64,000 nt of DNA from Octopus sinensis (GCF_006345805.1 NC_043010.1:58652001-58716000); one strand, 5' to 3'; numbered from the stretch's first letter, positions 50,731 to 63,332 are shown. The notes: generated by a model not told the origin, from the sequence alone. Numbers and translations are program-made.

Positions 50731-50974
50731 TACATTATTTACGTTATTTACATTTGACAGATATTTGTCCTCATCTTGTTTGTTGTTGACACAACGTTTC
50801 GGCTGATATACCCTCCAGCCTTCATCAGATGTCTTGGGGAAATTTTGAACTTGGGTTCTCATTCCTAAGGTATTTTTCGATGTTGTTATTATTATAATTA
50901 TTACTCATGTCACTGACTGGAACCAAACACAGAATCTTGGGGTTTGTAGCCCATGCTCTTAACCACTACGCCAT
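50731..50974 (-). mobile_element. Composite element: tRNA-like head + (TAA)n + Penelope-type pLTR body with a hammerhead
   Basis: A box TGGCGTAGTGG (50973-50963), decayed B box GTTTGGTTCC, then TAA repeat, then the hammerhead body. Confidence 0.7.
50788..50833 (-). ncRNA. Minimal type I hammerhead ribozyme motif (Penelope-type)
   Basis: GACAT-CTGATGA-A-GGCTG(gagggtatat)CAGCC-GAA-ACGT-T-GTGTC. Confidence 0.7.
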
Positions 50975-51156
50975 TGAAAAATACATTAGGAATGAGAACC
51001 CAGGTTTGAAACTTCCCCAAGACACCTGATGAAGGCTGGAGGGGTTTTCAGCCGAAACGTTGTGTTAACAACAAACAAGATGAGGACAAATATCCGTTGA
51101 ATGTAAATAATGTAAATAAGGTACATAATTCCTCATCTCTTAAATAGAGAACTGTA
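50975..51156 (+). mobile_element. Headless inverted copy of the same pLTR body
   Basis: About 90% identical by eye to 50731-50880 in the opposite orientation. Confidence 0.8.
51021..51066 (+). ncRNA. Minimal type I hammerhead ribozyme motif (Penelope-type)
   Basis: GACAC-CTGATGA-A-GGCTG(gaggggtttt)CAGCC-GAA-ACGT-T-GTGTT. Confidence 0.7.
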
Positions 51157-51173
51157 TCATCCATATCAATTAT

Positions 51174-51408
51174 CAGTAATCCCTTGCAAAACCACGGTTC
51201 ATCTACCTTACACTCAGTACATCGGGGTTCACCTATCACTCACTCAGTACATTGTGGATTTTTCTGGCTAATATTTGTAAATTTATATCACGGTCTTCTC
51301 TGTATATCCAGGTTTCTGCAGCTGATAGGTATATATGTTTTTTTAGATTTTAATTATTTGTGGGCGATTTTTTAGAATGTAACCCCCGTGGTAGTTGAGG
51401 GATTATTG
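51174..51408. mobile_element. Tc1/mariner (Tigger/pogo-like) MITE
   Basis: TIRs cagtaatccct..ccacgg and ccgtgg..agggattattg. Confidence 0.6.
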
Positions 51409-51501
51409 AATAGATATTAAACCTTTACTTTCACACTTACTGCATTCGTCTGCTAATTATAACTGTCCACAACAAACGCTTTGTCATGTACTCCCTGTCT
51501 T

Positions 51502-51517
51502 CAGTGCCACCTGGCTG
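51502..51517 (-). promoter_or_regulatory. CTCF-like motif (CAGCCAGGTGGCACTG on the minus strand)
   Basis: 14/16 match to CCACCAGGTGGCACTG; convergent with the 44382 motif. Confidence 0.3.
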
Positions 51518-51806
51518 TCAACAAATAAATACTTGTGGTCCCTGTGCAATAGTTTGCTCAGGGGCCCATAATGCTGCTATGACAGCCCCACTTCTCCTCA
51601 TTATACACGTTATAGACTAAAAGCTACATTGTTCATTAATTTAACACTTACCACATGTGTGTATATTTATGACTACGGTAACCATGGAGTAAAAGGTGCT
51701 TGCTATTTTACACCTTTTCCTTATCTCAGCTTTATCTCTTCTTCCTTCCTTCCTTTAGCTCATCCCATTCCCCTCCACCTCTCTACCACTGACCATTTGT
51801 CCAGAT

Positions 51807-52152
51807 CAGGGGTTCTCAACTATTCTTTACCCAACAGACGCTTTTGGTTCCTCTTTTACTCAGATGGACCTTCCAGAACATTTGGGAGGAACAAAAAATC
51901 TTACTCTCTTTTTATTCTTATTCTTTTATTCATTTAATTGTTTCAGTCATTTGACTGCGACCATGCTGGAGCACTGCCTCTAGTCGAAGAAATCGAACCA
52001 TGGACTTATTCTATTTAAGCCTCGTACTTATTCTATCAGCCCATTTTGCTGAACTGCTAAGTTATGGGGATGTAAACACACCAGCATTGATTATCAAGCG
52101 ATGTTGGGGAGACAAACACAGACACACAAACATATGCACGCACACGCACACA

Positions 52153-52194
<42 letters not shown>

Positions 52195-52525
52195 ATATAG
52201 AATAGGATGGTCTTCTGTCAGTTTTCTGTCTATGAAATCCACTCACAAGGCTTTGGTCGGCCCGAGGCTATAGTAGAAGACACTTACCCAAGGTGCCAAA
52301 CAGTGGGACTGAACCTGAAACCATGTGTTAGTAAGCAAGCTACTAACCACACAGCCACACCTGCATAAATATTATTGGGAATTGAATATAAAAATGTCAA
52401 AATATTTTGTGTATTGTAGAAATACAATTAATTACTGATAAGTTTTAACAACAAAATCTTATGTGGACCACTAAGGGCCACATGGAACCCCAAGGGTCAT
52501 ATGGACCCCCTGTTGAGGATCTCTG
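51807..52525. mobile_element. hAT/Charlie-type MITE interrupted by a family A SINE (51915-52364, minus)
   Basis: TIRs caggggttctcaac and gttgaggatctctg; left flank gtccagat resembles the NTCTAGAN target. Confidence 0.6.
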
Positions 52526-54254
52526 GTTTTAGACTCACCACACAGACAGTTCTTCTGAATATGAACATTATCTTTGAACACCCCATTCACTCCACCCCTT
52601 TTCAAATTCAAGTTCTCTATCTCTGAATATTTTGGCTAAACTGACAAACCCCAACTCACAGCCACAATTCCATGTCTTATCCCTTCCACTTCATCCTCTT
52701 TTGTTTCCCTTAAATATAGAACACTTCTTTTTAACTTCCTCCAGTTGTGTACGTATGCGCATGAGTCTGTGTGTGTGTGCATGTGTGTGTGTGTGTGTGT
52801 GTGTGCATGTGTTTGTGCTTACCAATGTAAAACAAGACCCCTGCTTCATGTCAAAAACTTTGTTGTTCAATAAATGATAACCAATAATATATGAACCAGG
52901 CTGAAATCAATATGATTGACTAAAACTGTTGAGAGAGTTGCCCCAGTATGGCCATAGCCTGGTGAGTGAAACCAGTAAATGAGTGCAAAAATAAATGCAT
53001 TGTGTCTTTTATTTTGCTTTAATAAAAGACAGAGTTTGTGACGAGGAACGACACTGGAATTAATCTTTGGAATCTAGAAAGAGAATGAAATGAAGGATTT
53101 TCTAGGAGTAGCCACCAAGGCAACCCCATCAGGAGGCCCAGGAAGGGAGACTGTGTGTAGTGCAATGGCTACTGCTAAAAATAGCATGATAATCTCCCTA
53201 ACACTTGACTAAATGAAAGCCCATGTTGGATAATGGAGTCCTAGATATACTATGCCAGAATGAAAAACTGGAAGGTTATAGTGGGAACATCTTAGATAAT
53301 GAGGCCACTGAACCAGGGATGAACTACAGCTAAATAGCAACAACCAAGAGACTGTGTCAGGAGGACCCAGGAGGGGTCCCTACCAAAAGCACCAATGTGT
53401 CCTCAACATCAGGGTGGGAAATAATTCAGACAAATTCACAACTGTTGGCAGAATTGAACCCAAGTACCCAGTGCCAAGACACACAGACAGACAGTTGCCT
53501 ATGGTGTAAGGGGCCCCCTTGAGTTACTTACAGACAAGTCAAAGACTTGGTGGTGTCGGTCGGGACGATAGTAGTGGCAGCAGCAGCTGTAGTAGTGGTA
53601 GTAGTAGTGGTAGTGGTGGTGGTGGTGGATGTGGTAGTGGTGGTGGTAGTAGTAGCAGTAGCAGCAGCAGTAAAATAATACTGTTGAGGATATTGGTGGT
53701 GACGGTTGAGGTGGAGGTCGTAGTGGAAATGGTGGTGGTGGTGGTAGTAGTGGGGTTGGGTGTTAAATTTAGGAAGGATTTCAATTGTAAGAGTTGGTGA
53801 GGTGGGTGAGCAGGCAGGGGGGGTAGGGTGTAATGCTGTGTTCACAGCTAAGATTGATGGATTAGTTATGTCTGGTATTGATCGGAGAAGTAAGGCTTGA
53901 TTCATCCATCATTGATGTCAAGGTTCCCTGCCTCATGTCACCACTAGAATCAGCAGCTGTAGCTACAACACCACCACCACCACCACCGCCAACACCATTA
54001 CCATGGCAATCACTATCATCATTTCCATCATCATCCCTATTCTCATCCTTATCACCCCACCACCATCACCATAGGCATCATCAACATCACCTCCACCATC
54101 ATTATCATCATAATCATCATTATCACCACCTCCACCATAGGCATCATAATCATAATCATCATTAATAGTTATAGGAGCAAAATAGACGTTGACAACAATG
54201 TGACCTCTTTTCTCTGTCTTTGTGTTTGATTTCTCCAAAGACTGAAGTGAAAAG

Positions 54255-54470
54255 GTGTTGCCCAACAGACATGTATATATATATAAAGTTAATCCAAACA
54301 AGAAAACAAAAAGACAACAACACGAGGATGTGGAACAAATAAAGTATTATTGGACGCTCAGGAAAGAAGGGAAGAAGGAGGGTATGACGTTTCGAGCGGA
54401 GCTCTTCGTCGGAAACATAGGAGAAAGAAAGATCCCGAGGTGGGAGGACAGAGGGAAAAAAATGCAAGTG
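54255..54470 (-). mobile_element. Penelope-like pLTR remnant with a degenerate hammerhead-like motif (54382-54416)
   Basis: gttt-CCGACGA-A-GAGC tcc GCTC-GAA-ACGT-C-atac (U4C core variant; stem I has a mismatch). Confidence 0.5.
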
Positions 54471-55514
54471 GTCTTCACGAGGTCACATACTGAAAAATAT
54501 ATATATATATTGTTGTATTTAGGAATGGTCATTTTGCCAGTTTAGCCAATAAACCATTCCTAAATACGACATCTGTTTCAAAACACGATTTCACATCAAG
54601 AATCTTGCAAAACAAATATATATATAAATATATATATATATATATCCTACCTGAAATATCTGCAATAATGACCGGTATACCACAAGGCATCATCCCTAAG
54701 CCTATTTCAGTGGCCCTTATAAGGGTCACTGAATAAGGTCACACTGTGTATAAACATTCAGTGAACAAAATTATATAATGGATTGGGTGTAGATGTTTGG
54801 TGTTGTGATGCAGGGATCAAAGAAAGAATATCCCCATCAGGGTCATGTGTCACTGCTATGCACTGGACTGGAGACTGTAATGAAGCCTGAGGAATCATCG
54901 TCATTGTCATCACCAGCATCATCAGCATCCTCATTTTAACATCTACATTTCTGTGATTGCATCAGTCAAACATAATTTGCTGAAACAGTTTTTGTGTGGT
55001 CAGATTTTCTATGGTCAGCTGTCTTGTCATGAAACATTGCCTTTGTTCAAGCAAGATGATATCACCCTCCGGCCAGACACGTTTTTGCTGAGGATTGGAA
55101 ACAAATTACACTGCTTGTATGACTGAAAGTCATTTACAATTTTCATGCTATGCCAAGACATTAAGACACAAACACACACAGATAATTGTACACACACACA
55201 CACACACACACACACAAGTATGCATACTCTCTCACACACACACATGTATGCAGCAGGTGTCTTTCAGATACTGTCTGCCCAATTCACCTACAAGGCTTTG
55301 GTCCTGAACACCATAAGCAAAGATTGTAAGACCTTCTTAGTCATACAGCTGTACATAGTCTGAGTACATCACTGTGAGTGTATATAAGAATATATAAAGA
55401 TATAGATGTGTGTTTGTATATATATATAAATAAATAAAGATATATATGTGTGTGTGTGCATGCGTATACATACATACACACACAAATATATATATATATG
55501 TCTTCTATATGTAT

Positions 55515-55637
55515 ATATATATTATCATCATCATCATCATCATCATCATCGTTTAGCGTCCGTTTTCCATCCTGGCATGGGTTGGACGGTGCAACTGGGG
55601 TCTGGGAAGCCAGAAGGCTGCACCAGGCCCAGTCTGA

Positions 55638-55640
<3 letters not shown>
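55515..55640 (-). mobile_element. Family C copy
   Basis: Match to family C. Confidence 0.75.
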
Positions 55641-55687
<47 letters not shown>

Positions 55688-55768
55688 AAGATATTTATGC
55701 ACATACACACTACATATATGTATGTGTATACATATGTGAGTGCATGTGTTTGTGAAAATATATATATA

Positions 55769-55817
<49 letters not shown>

Positions 55818-55829
55818 AATATATATATA

Positions 55830-55867
<38 letters not shown>

Positions 55868-56148
55868 TATATATACATATATATATAATAACAATAATAA
55901 TAATAATTGGGAAGGAAATGGAATATAGATTTAGCACTAGTCTTTATTGACATATACTCATTAGTTCCAAAGATTATATATATATACATATATATTATAT
56001 ATAATATATACAAATATATATACCTATGTATACATACATAAGTGTGTGTGTGTGTATGTATATAATAATATATATATATTATATATATATATATACATAC
56101 ATATATGAATATGTGTATACACACACACACATATTATATACATATATA

Positions 56149-56205
<57 letters not shown>

Positions 56206-56328
56206 GTTATATGCATATGTGTATACAGACATACTCACACATACACATCTTCTCTTCCATCAGGTTTGTGCTAATGATTTTTTTTATTTAACATTTTATT
56301 AATTTAAGAAAATCTTTTTCAAGTGTGG

Positions 56329-56397
<69 letters not shown>

Positions 56398-56710
56398 GTA
56401 TGTGTATATGTGCCTGTATGTAATTGAAAAATATACACATAGACAAACGTATGTATACATGTATATATTTATGTAGACATCTAATAAAAGTGCACAGGAT
56501 TTCCAAACACTGGCATTAAATTCCTCACGCCACCTCCATTCTGCTGGCCAGACATTTCTCATCAATGTCTTTTATATCTCTCTTTGGCAGCAGCTATATA
56601 TGGCTTCTAATGAAGTCGCATTGTGTTGGTCGAGATTATTTCTATGAGTGTAGATGGGTCTCTGTGTATGTGCATGTATATATATATAGTATGTATGCAT
56701 ATATATGTAT

Positions 56711-56758
<48 letters not shown>

Positions 56759-56881
56759 ATATAATATAATATATTATATATATATATATTATATATAGAA
56801 TTAATATATACTATATATATTATATATATATTTATATATATATATGTATGTATATATAATATAAATTGTACTATATATATG

Positions 56882-56912
<31 letters not shown>

Positions 56913-57010
56913 GTATATATATATGTAAATATGTATATTTTATATTGTATATATGTAATTATATGTATTATATATATATAATGTATATATATGTGTGTGC
57001 GTAATACATA
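55640..57010. repeat. Large (TA)n-dominated microsatellite field with a short unique island at ~56480-56660
   Basis: Direct reading. Confidence 0.9.
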
Positions 57011-57141
57011 TGTACACACACACATTATATACATGCATTCATTCATCTTTAACAATAATAATAATGATAGTTGCTCCAGTTTTAATTAACTGTTTTATAT
57101 GTATGCACATATACACAAGCTTATGTGAATGTGTGAGTATT

Positions 57142-57180
<39 letters not shown>

Positions 57181-57182
<2 letters not shown>

Positions 57183-57322
57183 TCTTTTTTACTTGTTTCA
57201 GTCATTTGACTGCGGCCATGCTGGAGCACCGCCCTTAGTCGAGCAAATCGACCCCGGGACTTATTCTTTGTAAGCCCAGTACTTATTCTATCGGTCTCTT
57301 TTGCCGAACCGCTAAGTGACGG
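57181..57322 (-). mobile_element. Family A SINE 3' part (young, CpG-intact)
   Basis: Match to family A. Confidence 0.8.
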
Positions 57323-57499
57323 TATATATATATATATATATATACACATGCATTTATATATTTATATACACTAAAAGAATAAATATCAGTGTTAGATGTT
57401 ATACCTTATAGTGATTTATAGAGAGTGTGTGTGTGTGTATCTCTGCACATATGCACACACATATTTGTGTATATATATTTATATATATGTACATATATA

Positions 57500-57830
57500 C
57501 CATCATCATCATCATCATTTAACATCCGTTTTCCATGCTGGCATGGGTTGGACGGTTTGACTGGGGATTGGCAATCCAAGGAGGCTGCATCAGGCTCCAA
57601 GCTAATCTGGCAATGTTTCTACAGCTGGATGCCCTTCCTAACACCAACCACTTCATGAGTTTAGTGGGTGCTTTTTATGTGCCACCAGCACAGGAGCCTG
57701 TCAGGCAGGCCTGGCATCGATCAAGTTCAGATAGTGCTTTTTACGTGCCACCGGCATGGGGGCCAGTCAGGATGTGCTGGCATGGGCCACATTCGGATGG
57801 TGCTTTTTATGTGCCACCAGCACATATATA
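57500..57830 (-). mobile_element. Family C copy with three ~67-bp tandem subunits
   Basis: gctttttA(t/c)gtgccacc at ~57670, 57737 and 57803. Confidence 0.75.
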
Positions 57831-58039
57831 TATATCTTATTGAATATTTGGCAATGCCTGTCTACATGGCTGTGCTTAGATTTGCTTAAAAATTATGAAA
57901 ATATACATACACAACAGGAGTTATATGATTATTATCATCATCATCATCATTATTATTATTATTATTATTATTATCATCATTGTTGTTATTATTGTTATTA
58001 TTATTGTTGTTGTTCTTTTTCTTCTTCTTCTTCTTCTTC

Positions 58040-58079
<40 letters not shown>

Positions 58080-58082
<3 letters not shown>

Positions 58083-58785
58083 GATAGCAAACTAACAGAA
58101 TAGTTAACATGCCAGACTTGTTTGCAATTTTGTCCATCTCCAGGTTCAGAGTTCAAGTCTCACTGAGGTAAATCTGCCTTTCACCCTTATTGTCAATGAA
58201 ATAAGCACCAGCTGGGCAGTGGGGTCAATGTCATCGACTAAACCTGCTCCCCCAGGATTTCAGGCTTTGTGCCTAGAGTAAAAAGAATAATTATTATCAA
58301 GGCAGTGACCCAGCAGAATCACCAGCCACCGAGACAACATGCTCAGCAGAATTTCACATGTTTTTATGTTCTGAGTTCAAATTCTGCTGAAGTTGACTTT
58401 TCCATTTTTCTTTTCGGGGTCAATGAAATAAATACCTATTAAATACTGGGGTCAGGTGTAATCAACTGATTCCAGCAGCCAAAATTGCAGGCCTTGTGCC
58501 TACAGTAGAATAGACAGTGATGATGATGATGATGATGATGATTACAGAGTGAGAGAGCAGCACATTGCCATCAAAATGATGGCAGAACTGTTAGGACGCA
58601 GGCAAAATGCTCAGCAGCTTATTGTCTATTCTCATGTTCTGAGTTCAAATCCCACTGAGGTTGACTTTGCCTGTCATCCTTTTGGAGTCGATTAAATAAG
58701 TACCAGTTGAACACTGGGGGGGTCGATGTAATCAACTTACCCCTCTTCCAAAATCTCTGGCCTTGTGCCTATAGTAGAAAGGATT
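58080..58785 (+). mobile_element. Three tandem family B SINE copies separated by ATT/GAT tracts
   Basis: Copies at ~58080-58290, 58297-58510 and 58585-58782. Confidence 0.7.
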
Positions 58786-59324
58786 ATTATTATCATTATT
58801 GTTATCATTATTACTATTATCATCATCATCATTATTATCATTATTATCATCATCATCATTATTATTAGTATTATTATTATCATTATTATTATTGTTATAA
58901 TTATTATTCTAGCTTTCTTAATGAATGTTTCTGTCCCATTTATTGAAGTACATACAATCTCTATATCTTTCAGTTCAATGTTGAAATATTCAGACCCTTA
59001 TCATAACAGCTATATATTTCTAACCAGCCATCATGTCCTCTAGTTATTTCCCTTTTTCTTCAGCAGTCGCTCAGTTCTGCCACTAGAGATATTTTTATCT
59101 ATTGCAAACTCAAATAGGTTTTATGTTCTTTATATAAATATCCCTTTCACACTTGGTTCCATTAATATTACATCAACATTATTCAATAAAAGATTTTTTT
59201 TTCCATTTATTCATGTTTAGAAATAAGTCAATTTTGACATTTTTCACTTTTTTGTTTTCCAAAAAGTTTTCATTTGATTGCAATTTAATAGTAAGAAAAT
59301 TTTCCAGATCAGTTAAAAAAAAAA

Positions 59325-59880
59325 TCCAAGGCAGTGGCATGACTCTGTATTAAGAAGTTGGCTTTCCAGCCACATGGTTCTGGGTTCAGTCCCTTGGCCT
59401 GACACATTGGGCAAGTGTCTCCTACTCTGGCCTTGAGTCAAGTGAAAACTTGTAAAATGATTTGGTAGATGGAAACTGAAAGATGCCCATTGTATATATT
59501 TATGCATATATATATATATATATATATTAGACTGGAGCCTGGTGCAGCCTTCTGGCTTCCCAGAACCCCGGTCGAACCGTCCAACCCATGCTAGCATGGA
59601 GAACGGACGTTAAACGACGATGATGATGATATATATACATGTGTGTGTGTGCACACGTGCATTAGTGTGTATGTGTTTGTCCCCACCACCACCACCACAT
59701 GATAATTAGTGTTGGTGTGTTTACATCTCCATAATTTAGTGTTTGGTAAAAGATTACCAGGCTTTTAGAAAAAAAGAAATAAATCCTGGGGTCAATTCAA
59801 TCAACAAAGAATTCTTCAAGGCATAGCCCCAGCATGGCCACAGTCCAATACTGAAACAAGTAAAGAATAAAAGATAAAAA
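59325..59880 (+). mobile_element. Family A SINE split by a young family C insertion (59529-59630)
   Basis: Head 59325-59500, tail 59650-59880. Confidence 0.75.
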
Positions 59881-60324
59881 CCTATATTTATTGGTCAATA
59901 CAAATTCCTGTCCCTAACTGTTAATATTTGTTTATTTCTATTATTATCAGCCACGTGAATAGAACAAGAATATACGTCAGATGCTCACTGGTTGAAAGAC
60001 AATCTTTAACTCAGAAGAAAAAAGAAATGAAAACGAAGGCCATTGTTTATGATGAAGCTTTTTGCTGAGAATTTTCTGTGTTCTGTCAGGGATAATGGGT
60101 GCCTTTTTAAATGGTGTAGCTTATTTCTGTTATAACGGCCAGAATCATACACTGACTTTCAGGAAATAAATTTACGCAGAATTGTCATTAGCATTTTATA
60201 AATATTTCATTACAAACTCAGTTGCTTCTTTCCTGAGCAATTCCACGTATCCTCCTAGTATATCGATGTGTGTATGTGCATATGCAAATATATGTGTGTG
60301 TGTGTGCAAAGTAAGTATATATAC

Positions 60325-60421
<97 letters not shown>

Positions 60422-60444
60422 TAAGAGGAGTGGTATTATCAAAA

Positions 60445-61075
60445 TATCATCACAAATTGCAAGCTATACTCTTGCCTTCAGTTCATCTTTGGTGTTTAAG
60501 GAGTTTTGCTGGTCTCTCGCTCAACTGCACCCCACACATGATAATCAAGGGGGTTGCAGTGTGGGAGTTAAGTGGCCAGATGTTAAGGGTGATATGTCGC
60601 AGAAATTATCTGACAGCCATGACTGGGTTCTCCTGCTTGTGTGGCATGATGAAGAGTCCTATTACCAGACATAGGATCTTCCTCTTGGCCTAGGACAACA
60701 CTACCTCCTCCAGGCACTTGATGTAGGCCTCCATGTTGAGAGTGAGACCATCTGGGAAGATGAATACAGGCATAACGTCGCCATCACTAGTGATCATTCT
60801 AAACACCATGATGTTGGCTGGATCTTTGATTTTTATCACTCTTGGTACATGTCTTCAGATTGAAACCCAAATACTCTTAAAAGTTTGTATTGGAGCTTCT
60901 GGCATGAATGCCAAGCAGTACAGCATGTCATTTCCAAATTTCTAGCAGAATGAATTGCATTAGGGTGCTGTTTTTCTCACAGACGGTGCCCAACTGACCC
61001 TACTATTATGCTGTGTAGTCGACAAAATTAAAAACAAACAATGCACAAGCATGAAATTGAAAATAGGAATAACTC
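60445..61075 (-). mobile_element. Internally deleted Tc1/mariner (maT/DD37D-like) transposase pseudogene
   Basis: N-terminal EIWK*HAVLLGIHARSSNTNF*EYLGFNL fused to PANIMVFRMITSDGDVMPVFIFPDGLTLNMEAYIKCLEEVVL; YVW**DSSSCHTSRRTQSWLSDNF; IWPLNS; NTKDELKARV. Confidence 0.85.
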
Positions 61076-61227
61076 TTAAATGGCTTACGGTGTAGTATGA
61101 AACATCATGAAATGTCTTTTCCAGCTGCTACTATTAAGTTAGGTGTAGCATGGCTTGGGCCAAATCTTGCTGAAACTTATCTAAGTATTTAAGTATATAT
61201 ATATATATATTTGCATGTATGTATGTA

Positions 61228-61920
61228 TCATATTCTTTTATTTGTTTCAATCATTTGACGGCAGCCATGCTGGAGCACCACCTTTAGTCGAACAAATCGA
61301 CCCCAGGACTTATTCTTTGTAAGCCTAGTACTTATTCTATCAGCCCCTTCTGCCAAACCACTAAGTTACGGGGACGTAAACACACCAACATTGGTTGTCA
61401 AGTGATGGTGGGGGACAAGCACAGACAAACAAAGAGGTATATATATATATATCTCAGAGACCCCCTACAGTCACGAATGACTATGGGATTGCACCTATAA
61501 AGTTACCCTCCAAAGCACAAGTCTGGGCAAGGTTGTTTATGGAAGACCAGCAGTCACCCATGCATACTGGCCTCCCCTCTCTACACCACCAGTGCTATCT
61601 AAGGGAAAGGCAAAGGGGCCAATACAGCTTGGAACCTGTGACGTCGCAACTCATTTCTACAGCTGAGTGAACTGGAGCAACGTGAAATAAAGTGTCTTGC
61701 TCAAGAATACAACACGTATCCCGGTCCAGTTCACGATTCGAACTCACAACCTCACGGTCATAAGTTCGATGCTCTAGCCACTGAACCATGAGCCTTCACG
61801 TTGGGCTTCTTTCAGTTTCCATCTGCCAAATCCACTCACAAGGGTGTGGTCAGCCTGAGGCTAGAGTAGAAGACACTTGCCCAAGATGCCATGCAGTGGG
61901 ACTGAACCCTGAACCATGTT
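61228..61920 (-). mobile_element. Family A SINE split by another tRNA-SINE with an RTE-like tail (61455-61800, minus)
   Basis: Tail 61228-61425, head 61800-61920. Confidence 0.7.
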
Positions 61921-62269
61921 TATACAAGTTTTACTACAGCTGAAATGAAGAGAAATGAAAATAACAGTAAATGCAATAAAAAGAAATTTGAAATAACCAC
62001 CCATATTCCCTTGGACACAGATTTCCTTTTTATATCGAAGCAATCTCAAAAGTCTATGGACATGTGATACCTCGTCAGGGGAGAACAAAGAAAGTGGTAA
62101 GGGACTTTTAGAGTTTATATACATTTTGTCGATGTATACACCTTGTTGTTATGCAACCTGCTGTTATATGCATTTTGGTGTTTGCACTGAAAGATATGCG
62201 CAGAATTATTCGAAACAGCAAGAAGACAATTATGCTCCATTTGTTTGTAAAATACATAAAACGAATGGT

Positions 62270-62407
62270 GTGTGTGTTTATATATATGTATTAATACGTA
62301 CATAGACATTATATTCTCACACCTATATATACATATGTACAAACTTACACGCACACACACACACACATGCACATATATATATATACATTAATGCATCCAT
62401 CCATACA

Positions 62408-62441
<34 letters not shown>

Positions 62442-62644
62442 AATATAGATATATATATATAATATATATATATATATTATATTAAATACAGACATTGACA
62501 AGAAACATGAAACACCACAGAGACGACATATATATAAATACATGAAATGTATATATTCATAAATATAGATTATATACATAGATATATCATAACTATATAT
62601 ATATCACATGTATGCATTTATCATCTTGTGTGAGTGCACAAATG

Positions 62645-62680
<36 letters not shown>

Positions 62681-63296
62681 TGTATATCATAAATATATAT
62701 TTATATACATAAAGTTGTTATAACTATGTTTATTATATACATATGTGTTTTTGTATGTATATCATATATGTATGTATGGTTGTATGTATGTGTGTATCAA
62801 CTTGTGTGTCTGTGTGACAATACATGTGTATATGTGTGTATATTATTTTGGTTTCTAATTAGTTGAGTTTCGTTAATTACTGTTAAGAGCTTTAATAGTA
62901 AGATATTAATTGAATTATTGTTAATAGAAACTGGCAGTGTGATAACAGTTTATCACACATCTATTGGATATCTTCTCATAGAGAAATATATTTACATATA
63001 CATACATATTTACATATACATACATAAGAGAAATACACAGCTACATATACACAGAGAAAGTGGTACACACATACATACATGCACACATGTGCACCTCCCC
63101 ACACATATGTGTATGTATGAATACATGTATACATACATGCATATAAAAAAACATAGGTAAATATACACATACATATATACATGTATATTTATATACAGAT
63201 ATATATGTGTGTGTATATATATATACACGCACACACATATATACATATATATACATATATATATTTATATATATTTATATATACATACATACATAC

Positions 63297-63332
<36 letters not shown>

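Noticed and set aside
60150-60200. Minus-strand TATAAAA plus TCAGT initiator
   Set aside because: Spacing is 47 bp, well beyond the canonical ~30.
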